The position numbers were made by a program, and so were the translations under genes. A stretch of 20,984 nt of DNA from Candidatus Sulfobium sp. (GTDB taxonomy: Bacteria > Nitrospirota > Thermodesulfovibrionia > Thermodesulfovibrionales > UBA6898): contig JARRRI010000077.1 of NCBI GenBank assembly GCA_037380845.1, positions 1 through 20,984 on the forward strand, read 5' to 3'. The notes under the pieces are model-generated. The model saw nothing but the letters and a program-made list of their open reading frames with translations, was not told the DNA's origin and searched no databases. Shown here in pieces: positions 1 to 8,877 of this stretch (position 1 is the stretch's first letter; each line of letters begins with the position of its first letter).

Positions 1-516
1 CATCGGTCTTACATCAAACCCGGCGTGAAGGGTATGGTGGATGAGGACCAGGTGCTTAGGATGTTTTCGGAAAACAAGGGAGCGGCCCGAAGGCTCTATG
101 GGGCGTATGTGGGCGACGGGATAGCAATAAAGAAAGAAGACATATACACCACCATCGATAAGAGGATACTGGGGGATGAGAAATTTGCAGATACGGTAAT
201 GGATAAGTGTGAGGCTGAGATCAAGCCGGGCAGGAGGGAGCGGGAATATTCTCTGGGGGCAATTTTCCGGGCAGTCGGAGTGATGTACGGCATAACGGCG
301 TCGCAGATGAGGCGGAAAGGGAAGGACAGAAAGGTTTCGCGTGGCCGAAAGCTGTTCAGTATTGTTGCGCATGACTTCGGCTACAAAGGCAGAGAGATCG
401 CCGAATATATGCATAAAGACCCGGCTTTGGTCACCCGCCATATAAAAGAGAACGATATGAAAGGGGACGCCGCCCAGATAACCTTGATGTTGAAAGAGCG
501 GGACAAATGTCAATAG
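1..516 (+). CDS. 3' part of a REP-associated tyrosine transposase (RAYT / IS200-like Y1) with C-terminal DnaA-C-like HTH; 5' end outside window
   Basis: Frame is open from base 1 (HRSYIKPG..., resembling the segment after the WSS motif). It has 'ILGDEKF' and a C-terminal HTH-like 'SRGRKLFSIVAHDFGYKGREIAEYMHKDPALVT'. It is followed directly by TCAAGTCTGACCCC repeats. The HUH motif is not in the window. Confidence 0.7.
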   Translation, partial: HRSYIKPGVKGMVDEDQVLRMFSENKGAARRLYGAYVGDGIAIKKEDIYTTIDKRILGDEKFADTVMDKCEAEIKPGRREREYSLGAIFRAVGVMYGITASQMRRKGKDRKVSRGRKLFSIVAHDFGYKGREIAEYMHKDPALVTRHIKENDMKGDAAQITLMLKERDKCQ

Positions 517-560
517 TCAAGTCTGACCCCATGCCCTTTCCCTGACCCCATGCCCTTTCC
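517..560. repeat. REP-like motif TCAAGTCTGACCCC with an exact 19-bp tandem duplication CTGACCCCATGCCCTTTCC
   Basis: Units at 523-541 and 542-560 are identical and start right after the transposase stop codon. Confidence 0.85.
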
Positions 561-561
561 A

Positions 562-720
562 CGAATGGCGCTAATTTAAGGAATTTTTCATTAAGAACAA
601 AGAACTTTCTGCTTGTCATTCCCGCAGTCTTTAGGCGGGAATCCAGCAGGAGACAAGGCCCCTTGGATGCCCGGCTGAAGTCCTCGGGCATGACGAAGAT
701 GCTTAAACTAGCGCCATTCG
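562..720. mobile_element. MITE/REPIN-like element with 19-bp terminal inverted repeats, carrying a GTCAT-type double hairpin
   Basis: CGAATGGCGCTAATTTAAG (562-580) and CTTAAACTAGCGCCATTCG (702-720) are 18/19 complementary. Confidence 0.7.
615..694. repeat. GTCAT-family palindromic repeat, copy A
   Basis: GTCATTCCCGC..GCGGGAATCCA ... TGGATGCCCG..CGGGCATGAC, two inverted hairpins. Confidence 0.85.
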
Positions 721-817
721 GGACACATCCCTTTTTTCTTGACATGCGGGGTTCCAGTCGGGCAGACTTCCGGTGATGGATTAGTTGACTTCTATGAGGA
801 AGCAACCATGATTGCAT

Positions 818-852
818 GGGAAAGGCATCAAGTCTGACCCATGCCGCTTCCC
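818..852. repeat. Third, degenerate copy of the RAYT-adjacent REP motif
   Basis: GGGAAAGGCATCAAGTCTGACCCATGCCGCTTCCC matches 517-541 and forms an imperfect hairpin. Confidence 0.75.
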
Positions 853-886
853 GAAGTCTCTTCCCGTTCCTTTGTAGTTTCTTGTC

Positions 887-914
887 CTATGCGCTCCGCT
901 CTTTGCTCTGCGCT
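887..914. repeat. Four degenerate heptamer tandem repeats
   Basis: ctatgcg ctccgct ctttgct ctgcgct. Confidence 0.55.
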
Positions 915-969
915 CTTCATCAAGTAAGTATCGGTTATAATATCCGGGACCTGCAGAAAGGAGAATGAC

Positions 970-2055
970 TTGAAAATAGCGATTACCGGACTTGCAAATT
1001 CAGGAAAAACAACGATTTTCAACGCCCTGACCGGGTTGAACCTTGAAACGACCATCTATCCGACCATTGTGCCCGAGCCCCACCTGGGCGTAGTGAAGGT
1101 ACCTGACGTGCGCGTCGACAGGCTCAGCGAGATTTACCGGCCGAAGAAGACGACCTATGCGACAGTAGAATATGTCGATTATATCGGTCTCACAAAAGGC
1201 GACATGGAACAGAACAGGAAGGTCTTTGACCTCATAAAAGACGTCGATGCCGTTGTGCATGTGGTGAGGGCTTTTGCGGACGAGACGGTGGTACATCCTC
1301 TGGGAAGCGTCGATCCGATGAGGGACGCAGAGACTGTGGAGCTGGAGATGGTTTTCGGGGACCTTGAGCTTGTCGAAAAGAGGCTTGAACGAATGGAAGA
1401 GGGGGTGAAGAAGGGGAAGAAACCCGATGAGAGTGAAAAAAGGCTGCTGACAAAGTGTAAAGAGATCCTGGAAAGTGAAAGGCCGCTCAGAAATGAGATG
1501 TTCTCGGAGGAGGAGCAAAAGTCGATGAGGCATCTCCAGTTTATGTCGATCAAGCCGGTAGTTGTTGTCCTCAATACCGACGAGAAGGAGATGGATACCG
1601 AAAATACGCGCGCCGCGCTGTCGGCGCTGGAGTCATTTTTCACCGGTGGGCAGGTGAGGGTCCTTTCCCTTTGCGGGAAAATAGAGATGGAAATTGCACA
1701 ACTGCCGGAGGAAGAGGCTTCGGTTTTCCTGGAGGACCTCGGCGTCTCCGAGCCCGCTCTGAACAGGCTTGTCAGAGTGTCTTACGATCTGCTCGGCCTC
1801 ATCTCTTTTCTTACGAGCGGCGAAGACGAGGTGCGGGCCTGGACGGTCCGCAGGGGAACCGGCGCTCAGAGGGCGGCGGGCAAGATACATTCCGACATCG
1901 AAAGGGGCTTTATCCGGGCGGAAGTTGTTTCATTTACCGATTTCATCGCTCAGGGAAGCATGCAGGCGGCCAGAGAGAAGGGGCTCCTCAGGCTGGAAGG
2001 AAAGACTTATGAAGTCAGGGACGGGGATATTATCAACTTCAGGTTTAATGTATAA
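970..2055 (+). CDS. ychF: Obg-family ATPase YchF
   Basis: P-loop GLANSGKTT, 'VKVPDxRVDxL', C-terminal 'AAGKIHSDIERGFIRAEV...LRLEGKTYEVRDGDIINFRFNV'. TTG start with AAGGAG SD; TATAAT at 936-941. Confidence 0.95.
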   Translation: MKIAITGLANSGKTTIFNALTGLNLETTIYPTIVPEPHLGVVKVPDVRVDRLSEIYRPKKTTYATVEYVDYIGLTKGDMEQNRKVFDLIKDVDAVVHVVRAFADETVVHPLGSVDPMRDAETVELEMVFGDLELVEKRLERMEEGVKKGKKPDESEKRLLTKCKEILESERPLRNEMFSEEEQKSMRHLQFMSIKPVVVVLNTDEKEMDTENTRAALSALESFFTGGQVRVLSLCGKIEMEIAQLPEEEASVFLEDLGVSEPALNRLVRVSYDLLGLISFLTSGEDEVRAWTVRRGTGAQRAAGKIHSDIERGFIRAEVVSFTDFIAQGSMQAAREKGLLRLEGKTYEVRDGDIINFRFNV

Positions 2056-2074
2056 TTGAGGGATCAGGGAACGC

Positions 2075-2338
2075 ACGTCTGAAGAAAACATTATTCTGCT
2101 AGACAGGGAGCGCGAACACATCAATGAACTCGTAAGGAAGATAGCCGAAGCTGAGACGCCGTCCGATGCCGTAAACGGTGTGCCTCAGGATTTGCTTGAT
2201 GCAATGGTGCTCCGCTACTTCAGGAACAGGGACGTTTTCATGAAGACCTTTCCGGAGGGAATTGAGTCCCTTGACACCGATCCGGTGTCGGTATGGGCCG
2301 CCATGATGATATCCCCTCACGATGAGAAACCGGCATAA
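2075..2338 (+). CDS. Probable hypothetical protein (~87 aa) with no canonical start; missing from the ORF track
   Basis: Stop-free frame 2060-2338 reads (T/M)SEENIILLDREREHINELVRKIAEAE...PHDEKPA and fills the gap in a + strand gene run. ACG at 2075 follows AGGGA. Confidence 0.5.
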   Translation, partial: TSEENIILLDREREHINELVRKIAEAETPSDAVNGVPQDLLDAMVLRYFRNRDVFMKTFPEGIESLDTDPVSVWAAMMISPHDEKPA

Positions 2339-2389
2339 TGAACCGGCTGGTTACATGACGCTCCTCCGCAGAGCAGACAGAAAATCGGC

Positions 2390-2680
2390 ATGGAAGCGAT
2401 TAAAGAGTTGATCGAGAGATACGGCCTCGACGAGGATATCGAGCACGTAATAATTCCCCTTCCCGACAAAAACGGAGGGAGGAGGAGATGTTTTCTCCTG
2501 AAGCGGAAATCGATGAGGATTGTATACCCTGACGGGCATTACACCGATTTCCCGCTCGAGGAGGTTATCGAGGCCATCATGAAATATCCCGAGCTCGAGT
2601 TGAGCGAGGCACTGTTTCTGTTGCACAAGGAGCTGGACGAACAGATTACACGGATTTTTGAGGAAAAAATAGTCGTTTAA
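2390..2680 (+). CDS. Hypothetical protein (96 aa)
   Basis: ATG-started ORF with protein-like composition, ending 10 nt before rne on the same strand. Confidence 0.8.
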   Translation: MEAIKELIERYGLDEDIEHVIIPLPDKNGGRRRCFLLKRKSMRIVYPDGHYTDFPLEEVIEAIMKYPELELSEALFLLHKELDEQITRIFEEKIVV

Positions 2681-2690
2681 GTGAACTTTA

Positions 2691-4598
2691 ATGAAGAAGA
2701 AGATACTGATAAACGCTAGTTACCCGGAAGAAAAGAGGGTAGCCATAGTGGAAGGCGATGTGCTGGTTGATTTCTATGTGGAGGCCGCCGGCAAGGAACA
2801 CCTGAAGGGCAATATATACAAAGGCGCAGTGGCGAGGATTGAGCCCGGACTGCAGGCGGCGTTTGTGGATTTCGGTCTGAAAAAACACGGCTTCTTACAG
2901 ATGCGGGAAGTTAAACCGGAGTATTTCGGGAAGAAAGTGGAAGGGAAGAGGGCGAGGATACAGGACGTTCTTTCGAAGGGACAGGAGCTTATCGTACAGG
3001 TGGAGAAGGATGAGAGAGATACCAAGGGGGCCAGCCTGACGACCTACATTTCCCTCCCGGGGCGATATATAGTGATGATGCCCGGGCAGGAGAGGGTCGG
3101 TGTTTCGAGGAAGATCGAAAACAGAGAGGACAGGGAGCGGCTGAAGGAACTGTTCAGTGAGCTCAAGCTCCCCAAGAAAACCGGTTTTATTCTGAGGACG
3201 GCCTGCAGCGACAGGACCGGCGAGGAACTATCCAACGACCTGAAGTATCTTACAAAATTATGGAGCAAGATACAGACTGAGTCGAAAAAGGTCTCGGCGC
3301 CGGCGCTTATTTACAGGGAACAGGATATCTCGGTGAGGACGGTAAGGGACTATCTGACCTCGGATGTGACAGAAGTGCTTATCGATGATGAAGCTGCCTA
3401 TAAAGCGACAAAGGTCTTTTTGAGAAAAACCCTGCCGTGGCGCAAAATCAACATCAAATATTACAAGGAAAGAAAGCCTGTTTTTGTGAAGTACAACATA
3501 GAAGAACAGATAGCGAAGCTTCATGACAGATACGTACATCTGCCCTCGAGAGGTTATCTGGTGATAGACAAGACGGAGGCTCTCACCGCCATAGACGTCA
3601 ACTCGGGCAGGAGCAGGAAAGAGGAGAATGTCGAGTCGACTGCGCTCAGAACAAATGTCGAGGCGGCCGACGAGGTGGCAAGGCAGCTCAGACTGAGGGA
3701 TATCGGCGGACTCATAGTAATAGATTTTATCGATATGGTTTCCTCCAAGAACCGGCGGGAAGTGGAAAACAGGTTGAGGGCCGCCTTGAGTTCCGACAAG
3801 GCACACACGGAGATAACGGGGATATCAAAGTTCGGGATGGTGGAAATGACGCGGGAGAGAATGAGAACGGCCTATATCGAGTCCGTAAACAGGAAGTGCG
3901 AAGTCTGCGAGGGCACCGGTATCGTAAAGACCCCGGAGATGCTTGCCCTCTCTGCATCCAGGGAAATCTATTCCCGCGCCTCGAAGGGAGGTCTGAAGAG
4001 CATAACCTGCCGCCTTCCTGTTGAGAGCGCCAACTACCTTATCAACACCAGGAGGGACGAGATAGCTGCGGTCGAGAAGGAATCGGGCGTGAAGATCAGC
4101 GTCCTTGCCGATGCGAAACTGGCCGGTCATCACGATATTGCCGTAGAATCTCTCGAACAGAAGGCGGAGCCGGCACCGGAGAAGAAGCGGGAGCAGAGAG
4201 CGGAGGCAAAAGTCGAAGTCAAGGAAAAGGTCAGGCACAAGAAGAAAAGCGGAAGGAAGGCGAGGCATAAGGCGGGACGGGAAGAGAAACCTCAGGAGCC
4301 GTTGCAGCAGACTCCGGAAAGCCCGGGACCGCCAGGACCGGCTTCATCTGAAACTGCGCCTCCGCACGAACGGGAAGAGGAACCGGCGCCGGTCCCGGAT
4401 GCCGGACCAGGGCCTGAACCTTCGCAGGAAAACGCGCAGGCCCCGTCTCGCGAAGCTGCGAGAAAATCCAGGCGAAAGCAGCCGTGGCGTCAGAGACGCA
4501 GACCCAGGCGGAAGCCGCACCCCGAATCGAAGTCTGAACAGCAGGGGGAACACGCAGAAGGGGTGGTCCATCAGTCAGAAGAGCCGTCAGAACAGTAG
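2691..4598 (+). CDS. rne: Ribonuclease E/G family endoribonuclease with disordered C-terminal tail
   Basis: 'KGNIYKG...EPGLQAAFVDFG' S1 domain, 'TEALTAIDVNSG', 'RQLRLRDIGGLIVIDFIDM', Zn-link CEVCEGTG. Confidence 0.93.
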   Translation: MKKKILINASYPEEKRVAIVEGDVLVDFYVEAAGKEHLKGNIYKGAVARIEPGLQAAFVDFGLKKHGFLQMREVKPEYFGKKVEGKRARIQDVLSKGQELIVQVEKDERDTKGASLTTYISLPGRYIVMMPGQERVGVSRKIENREDRERLKELFSELKLPKKTGFILRTACSDRTGEELSNDLKYLTKLWSKIQTESKKVSAPALIYREQDISVRTVRDYLTSDVTEVLIDDEAAYKATKVFLRKTLPWRKINIKYYKERKPVFVKYNIEEQIAKLHDRYVHLPSRGYLVIDKTEALTAIDVNSGRSRKEENVESTALRTNVEAADEVARQLRLRDIGGLIVIDFIDMVSSKNRREVENRLRAALSSDKAHTEITGISKFGMVEMTRERMRTAYIESVNRKCEVCEGTGIVKTPEMLALSASREIYSRASKGGLKSITCRLPVESANYLINTRRDEIAAVEKESGVKISVLADAKLAGHHDIAVESLEQKAEPAPEKKREQRAEAKVEVKEKVRHKKKSGRKARHKAGREEKPQEPLQQTPESPGPPGPASSETAPPHEREEEPAPVPDAGPGPEPSQENAQAPSREAARKSRRKQPWRQRRRPRRKPHPESKSEQQGEHAEGVVHQSEEPSEQ

Positions 4599-4640
4599 GA
4601 CAGTGGCCTCATCTGCGGCTGCAGGATGAATTATCAGCCT

Positions 4641-4776
4641 ATGGCTGAATATGAGTCCGTGCCTAAACTCATGTTCTTGTCATTGTCCGGCCTGACCGGA
4701 CAATCCATGAGCATTGAAATTGACCGGATTCCCCGAGCGATCCGGGGAAGATGAAAGCCGACTTAAATCCTGCCAT
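4641..4776. repeat. Inverted-repeat-bounded element containing GTCAT-family copy B (4679-4754), between convergent rne and proS
   Basis: ATGGCTGAATATGAGTC and GACTTAAATCCTGCCAT are 13/17 complementary. Inside: GTCATTGTCCGG..CCGGACAATCCA and GGATTCCCCG..CGGGGAA hairpins. Confidence 0.7.
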
Positions 4777-4797
4777 GCGCGGAACTGATTATAGCCG

Positions 4798-6483
4798 TCA
4801 GACAGCCGGCATCAAATCTTTTATACGGCCGAAGACTTCTCCGACCTTTACCTTGACCGATTCCTTTGACCTGCGGTCCTTTATCTCTACGAGTCCTTCT
4901 TTGAGGTTCCGCTCTCCGAAAATAATGTGTGTCGGTATTCCTATGAGGTCGGCGTCCTTGAACTTCACGCCGGCCCTTTCGTCACGGTCGTCCATCAGGA
5001 CTTTGATCCCGTCTTTTTCCAGATCTTCGTAGAGTTGTGAAGCCGCTTCGACTGTAACCGGGTCGTTCATGTTCAACGGCAGTATCTCGACGTCGAAAGG
5101 GGACAGTGACCTGGGCCAGATGATCCCGTCCCTGTCATGGTTCTGTTCGACCGCCGCAGCGGCGATACGGGCAGGTCCTATGCCGTAACTACCCATGACG
5201 ATCGGCTCCTCCTGTCCGCTTTCATTGAGAAAAACGGCACCCAGAGGACGGGAGTACTTGGTCCCCAGCTTAAAGATATTGCCGATTTCGATGACCCTTT
5301 CAACTCGCAGTTTCTCTCCGCACTTTCCGCAGAGATCGCCTTCCCGGGCCTTATGGATGTCATGCCATTCAGCGGAAAAATCGCGTTCCGCCCTGACCCC
5401 CTTCAGGTGATAATGCGGCTTGTTGGCCCCGCTGACAAAAAACCCTTCGCGGAGGGCGGTGTCAGCGATGACTCTTACCTTATGTCCCATGGGTCCTATG
5501 AAACCAGCCTCGACACCGAGTGTCTCCTTTACCTCGCCTTTCTGCGCAGGTCTGTGGTCCCCGATTATATGTGAGAGTTTCTTTTCGTGAAGTTCCTGGT
5601 CGCCTCTGACGACCGCGAGCACCGGCCCCTTCTCGCTTATCAGGAGGATGCTCTTCATGAAATAAGAAGGCGGCAGTTTCATGAAATTCGAGACTTCCTG
5701 TACGGTCCGTTTTTCAGGGGTGTGGACTTCCTCGAGCGGCCAGTCCTCATTCTCATTTCCCGGCGTCGAGGAAACGGCGAGTTCAACATTGGCGGAGTAC
5801 CCGCAGCCGGGACATACGGCAACCTCGTCCTCTCCGGCCGGACTCGGGGCCATGAACTCATGCGATACTGCGCCTCCCATCATGCCGGGGTCGGACTCGA
5901 CCATCAGGAATTCGAGGCCGCACCTCTTGAATATCCTGTGGTAAGCTTCGGTATGCAGCCTGTAGTTTACGTCAAGGGCTTCTTCGGAGACGTCGAAACT
6001 GTAGCTGTCTTTCATGGTGAATTCCCTGGTCCTCAGAATTCCGCTCTTCGGCCGCGCTTCATCTCTGAGTTTTGTCTGTATCTGGTACCACACCTGCGGA
6101 AGATCCCGGTATGACCGGATTTCCCTCGACGCAAGCCATGTCATGATCTCTTCGTGGGTCATCCCCAGACACATGTCGCGGCCCGAACGGTCTTTGAGCC
6201 TGAACATCTCGTCGCCTATCGCGTCCCAGCGACCGGTCTGCTGCCAGATCTCGGCAGGGTGGAGCACGGGAAGCGATATCTCCTGCGCGCCTATCGCGTC
6301 CATTTCCTCTCTCAGGATGGCGTTTATCTTTGTCATCACCCTCCATCCCAGGGGGAGCAGCATATAAAGACCCGCGGCCAGCTGGCGCACGTAACCGGCC
6401 CGCAGCATCAATATGTGGCTGACAGCTTCCGCATCCGCCGGGGCCTCCCGCAGTGTGGGTATGAACATTTTAGAAAACCGCAT
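4798..6483 (-). CDS. proS: Proline--tRNA ligase (bacterial type with editing insertion)
   Basis: 'PTLRExPADAExxSHxLMLRAG', 'THEE', 'RDEARP..G..RTREF.MKDSYSF', 'MGSYGIG', 'GVKFKDADLIGIP'; GGAGGA SD. Confidence 0.97.
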   Translation of the reverse strand: MRFSKMFIPTLREAPADAEAVSHILMLRAGYVRQLAAGLYMLLPLGWRVMTKINAILREEMDAIGAQEISLPVLHPAEIWQQTGRWDAIGDEMFRLKDRSGRDMCLGMTHEEIMTWLASREIRSYRDLPQVWYQIQTKLRDEARPKSGILRTREFTMKDSYSFDVSEEALDVNYRLHTEAYHRIFKRCGLEFLMVESDPGMMGGAVSHEFMAPSPAGEDEVAVCPGCGYSANVELAVSSTPGNENEDWPLEEVHTPEKRTVQEVSNFMKLPPSYFMKSILLISEKGPVLAVVRGDQELHEKKLSHIIGDHRPAQKGEVKETLGVEAGFIGPMGHKVRVIADTALREGFFVSGANKPHYHLKGVRAERDFSAEWHDIHKAREGDLCGKCGEKLRVERVIEIGNIFKLGTKYSRPLGAVFLNESGQEEPIVMGSYGIGPARIAAAAVEQNHDRDGIIWPRSLSPFDVEILPLNMNDPVTVEAASQLYEDLEKDGIKVLMDDRDERAGVKFKDADLIGIPTHIIFGERNLKEGLVEIKDRRSKESVKVKVGEVFGRIKDLMPAV

Positions 6484-6710
6484 GTTTCCTCCAAAAAATA
6501 AGGAGACACCCCGAGTAGTCTTAAAGGCGAGGGCCGTCTTCCAAGTGTGAATGGATTAGATTAATGAATAGCGGCACTCAAGGTCAAGGATGAGGAGGCC
6601 TCCCGGCCTGCATTTGCAGCCGTTGCCGGGGCGACCGGGGAGAGGAAGAGCGGCGGAAAGACTCTGTCTTATGTCAACAGGCAACGGAGCATTACAACAG
6701 CCGAAACGTT

Positions 6711-6739
6711 TTGAAAAAATGCCGTCAAAGTGTTAAATT
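6711..6739 (+). promoter_or_regulatory. Putative sigma70 promoter for greA-pyrK-pyrD
   Basis: TTGAAA-17 nt-TAAATT with a TG extended -10. Confidence 0.55.
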
Positions 6740-6769
6740 ACGTTATCTTAAGGCGAAGGAGAGAAAGAA

Positions 6770-7243
6770 ATGCAGAGGGTACCGCTTACACCCGAAGGCT
6801 ATCAGAAGTTGCAGGAGGAACTGGAAAAGCTTCTTAAAGTGGAGCGTCCCCGGAATATACAGGCCATAGCCGAAGCACGTGCGCACGGCGATCTGTCGGA
6901 GAATGCGGAGTATCATGCCGCCAAGGAGAGACAGTCGTTTCTGGAGGGCAGGATCCAGGAGCTTAAATCCAAGATAGCCCTTGCCGATGTCATCGACCCT
7001 TCAAAGATCAGGCAGACGAAGATCGCCTTTGGGGCCAAGGTGAAGGTGCTGGACGTGGAGGCGGATGAGGAGTATGTCTTCAGCCTAGTCGGGCCGGAGG
7101 AGGCCGATGTGAAGAACGGGAAGATATCGATCAGCTCGCCCGTCGGCAGGGCACTGCTCGGGAAGGAAGTCGGGGACGAGGCCGTCATAAAGGCGCCTGC
7201 AAGGACCATCGAATACGAGATCCTAGAGATTAATTTTGAGTAG
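6770..7243 (+). CDS. greA: Transcription elongation factor GreA
   Basis: 'AIAEARAHGDLSENAEYHAAKE', 'ISISSPVGRALLGK'; AAGGAG SD. Confidence 0.97.
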   Translation: MQRVPLTPEGYQKLQEELEKLLKVERPRNIQAIAEARAHGDLSENAEYHAAKERQSFLEGRIQELKSKIALADVIDPSKIRQTKIAFGAKVKVLDVEADEEYVFSLVGPEEADVKNGKISISSPVGRALLGKEVGDEAVIKAPARTIEYEILEINFE

Positions 7244-8006
7244 GTATTTCAGGGCGAGGATCGGAGAAAACCGTCCCTTACACCAAAACCACAATCTGCT
7301 TTCACTGATAAATCTGGATGAAATGGCTGAACCGTCCCCGGGGCAGTTTTACATGATCGGGGCGGGGAAGAGCTATGACCCGTTGCTGAAAAGGGCGTTC
7401 AGTCTCTTCAGGAGAATACCGGCGGGACTTCAGCTGCTGTACAGAGTGCGAGGGAAAGGCACTGCACTGCTGGCTTCTATGAGGGAAGGGGAGGTGCTGG
7501 ACGTCATCGGACCTCTCGGCAATTCCTATCCCCTCCCCGGCGAGGACAAGGTACCGGTTGTCATAGGTGGCGGGATCGGCATTGCCTCGGTATTTTCTCT
7601 GGCCGAGAGGCTTTCGCGAAGTTGTCACGTTTTCTACGGTGCCAGGATGGAAAATGAACTTTTTCTGGCCGGTGAGTTGAGCGATGTATATGAAAATCTT
7701 GTGCTTTGTACCGACGACGGTTCCTGCGGGATCAAGGGCACAGTAGTGGACGTTCTGTGCGACTTCATGAGGCGGCACACAACAGCGTCCTCTGCGCCGG
7801 TAGTCTATGCCTGCGGCCCTGTCCCGATGTTGAGGAGAGTCGCCGAAACCGTCTTATCACTCGGTGTGCAAGGGTATGTTTCCCTCGAAGAGAACATGGC
7901 CTGTGGCATCGGCGCCTGCCTGGGGTGCGTGGTGAAGACGAAGACCGGTTATAAGAGGGTCTGCAGGGAAGGACCCATATTTGACGTTTCGGAGATATTG
8001 TGGTGA
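7236..8006 (+). CDS. pyrK: Dihydroorotate dehydrogenase B electron transfer subunit
   Basis: 'PGQF', 'GPLGN', 'GGGIGIA', 'YACGPVPML', [2Fe-2S] motif 'MACGIGACLGCV...RVCREGPIF'; adjacent to pyrD. Confidence 0.93.
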   Translation: MSRYFRARIGENRPLHQNHNLLSLINLDEMAEPSPGQFYMIGAGKSYDPLLKRAFSLFRRIPAGLQLLYRVRGKGTALLASMREGEVLDVIGPLGNSYPLPGEDKVPVVIGGGIGIASVFSLAERLSRSCHVFYGARMENELFLAGELSDVYENLVLCTDDGSCGIKGTVVDVLCDFMRRHTTASSAPVVYACGPVPMLRRVAETVLSLGVQGYVSLEENMACGIGACLGCVVKTKTGYKRVCREGPIFDVSEILW

Positions 8007-8009
8007 TCC

Positions 8010-8837
8010 ATGAACCTTGAGGTTGAGGTAGGGGGAATAAAACTCAAGAATCCCGTTATGACGGCTTCGGGTACGTTCGGCTACGGCGAAGAGTACGTTG
8101 AAACCGCCGCGGGCATGCTGAACGCGATAGGGCTGCAGAACTTGGGCATAGATGCTTTCATAAGAGAAAAGATGCCTTTCCTCCGGCAGTTCGACACATC
8201 GGTTATCGTTAATTTCTTCGGAGATTCTGTGGAGGAATACGCGGCCGCGGCCTCTAAGCTGAGCGCTGTGGAAGGCATTCACGGACTCGAAATGAACATC
8301 TCCTGTCCGAACAAAGAGGCGGGCTGGTGCATATTCGGAACCGATCCCCGTGTGACTTTTGAAGTCGTGGGGGCGGTGAGAAAGGCCACAACCCTGCCGC
8401 TGATTGTAAAACTCACACCAAACGTTACCGATATAACGGTCATGGCGCGGGCGGCCGAAGACGCCGGGGCTGACGCGCTTTCTCTTATCAATACTCTCAC
8501 CGGCATGTCGATCGATATCAAGACGAGGAAACCTAGACTTGGGAATGTCACGGGAGGGCTGTCGGGTCCGGCGATAAAGCCGGTGGCTGTGCGGATGGTA
8601 TACGAGGTCTCCCGTGCGGTTGGGGTCCCCGTTATAGGCATGGGCGGCATAATGAACGGTGACGACGCGGTTGAGTTTCTCATTGCGGGGGCATCGGCAG
8701 TGGCGGTGGGAACCGCGAATTTTGTGAGGCCGACCGCGGCGACGGAAATATTGGATGGTATGATTGCCTACATGGAGAGGGAGAGGATTGAAGATGTCGG
8801 CTCTCTGACGGGAACTGTAGACCACGATGTTGCGTGA
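8010..8837 (+). CDS. pyrD: Dihydroorotate dehydrogenase class 1B catalytic subunit with an apparent in-frame internal deletion (possible pseudogene or assembly error)
   Basis: '[12 protein letters not shown]', '[10 protein letters not shown]', 'EMNISCPN', 'VKLTPN', '[10 protein letters not shown]' present. The 'LGAxxxK...GNPxPR' segment is absent; 275 aa. Confidence 0.9.
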   Translation: MNLEVEVGGIKLKNPVMTASGTFGYGEEYVETAAGMLNAIGLQNLGIDAFIREKMPFLRQFDTSVIVNFFGDSVEEYAAAASKLSAVEGIHGLEMNISCPNKEAGWCIFGTDPRVTFEVVGAVRKATTLPLIVKLTPNVTDITVMARAAEDAGADALSLINTLTGMSIDIKTRKPRLGNVTGGLSGPAIKPVAVRMVYEVSRAVGVPVIGMGGIMNGDDAVEFLIAGASAVAVGTANFVRPTAATEILDGMIAYMERERIEDVGSLTGTVDHDVA

Positions 8838-8877
8838 GGAGGTGGAAGTACCGCAAAAGCAGCATGGTCGGCATGGC

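Noticed and set aside
517..560. Direct repeats as a CRISPR array
   Set aside because: Two 19-bp units abut with no spacer, and there are no cas genes in the window.
431..817. 128-aa minus-strand ORF
   Set aside because: It runs through palindromic repeats and antisense to the transposase; no recognisable motifs.
965..973. ATG-ACT-TGA mini-ORF overlapping the ychF start
   Set aside because: The ATG is only 1 nt from the SD; spacing favours the TTG at 970.
6484..6700. T-box riboswitch upstream of proS
   Set aside because: No T-box consensus or terminator/antiterminator seen on the minus strand.
7857..8825. 322-aa minus-strand ORF and similar long antisense ORFs (e.g. 12692-13411, 15073-15819)
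   Set aside because: Shadow frames of well-supported genes on the opposite strand.
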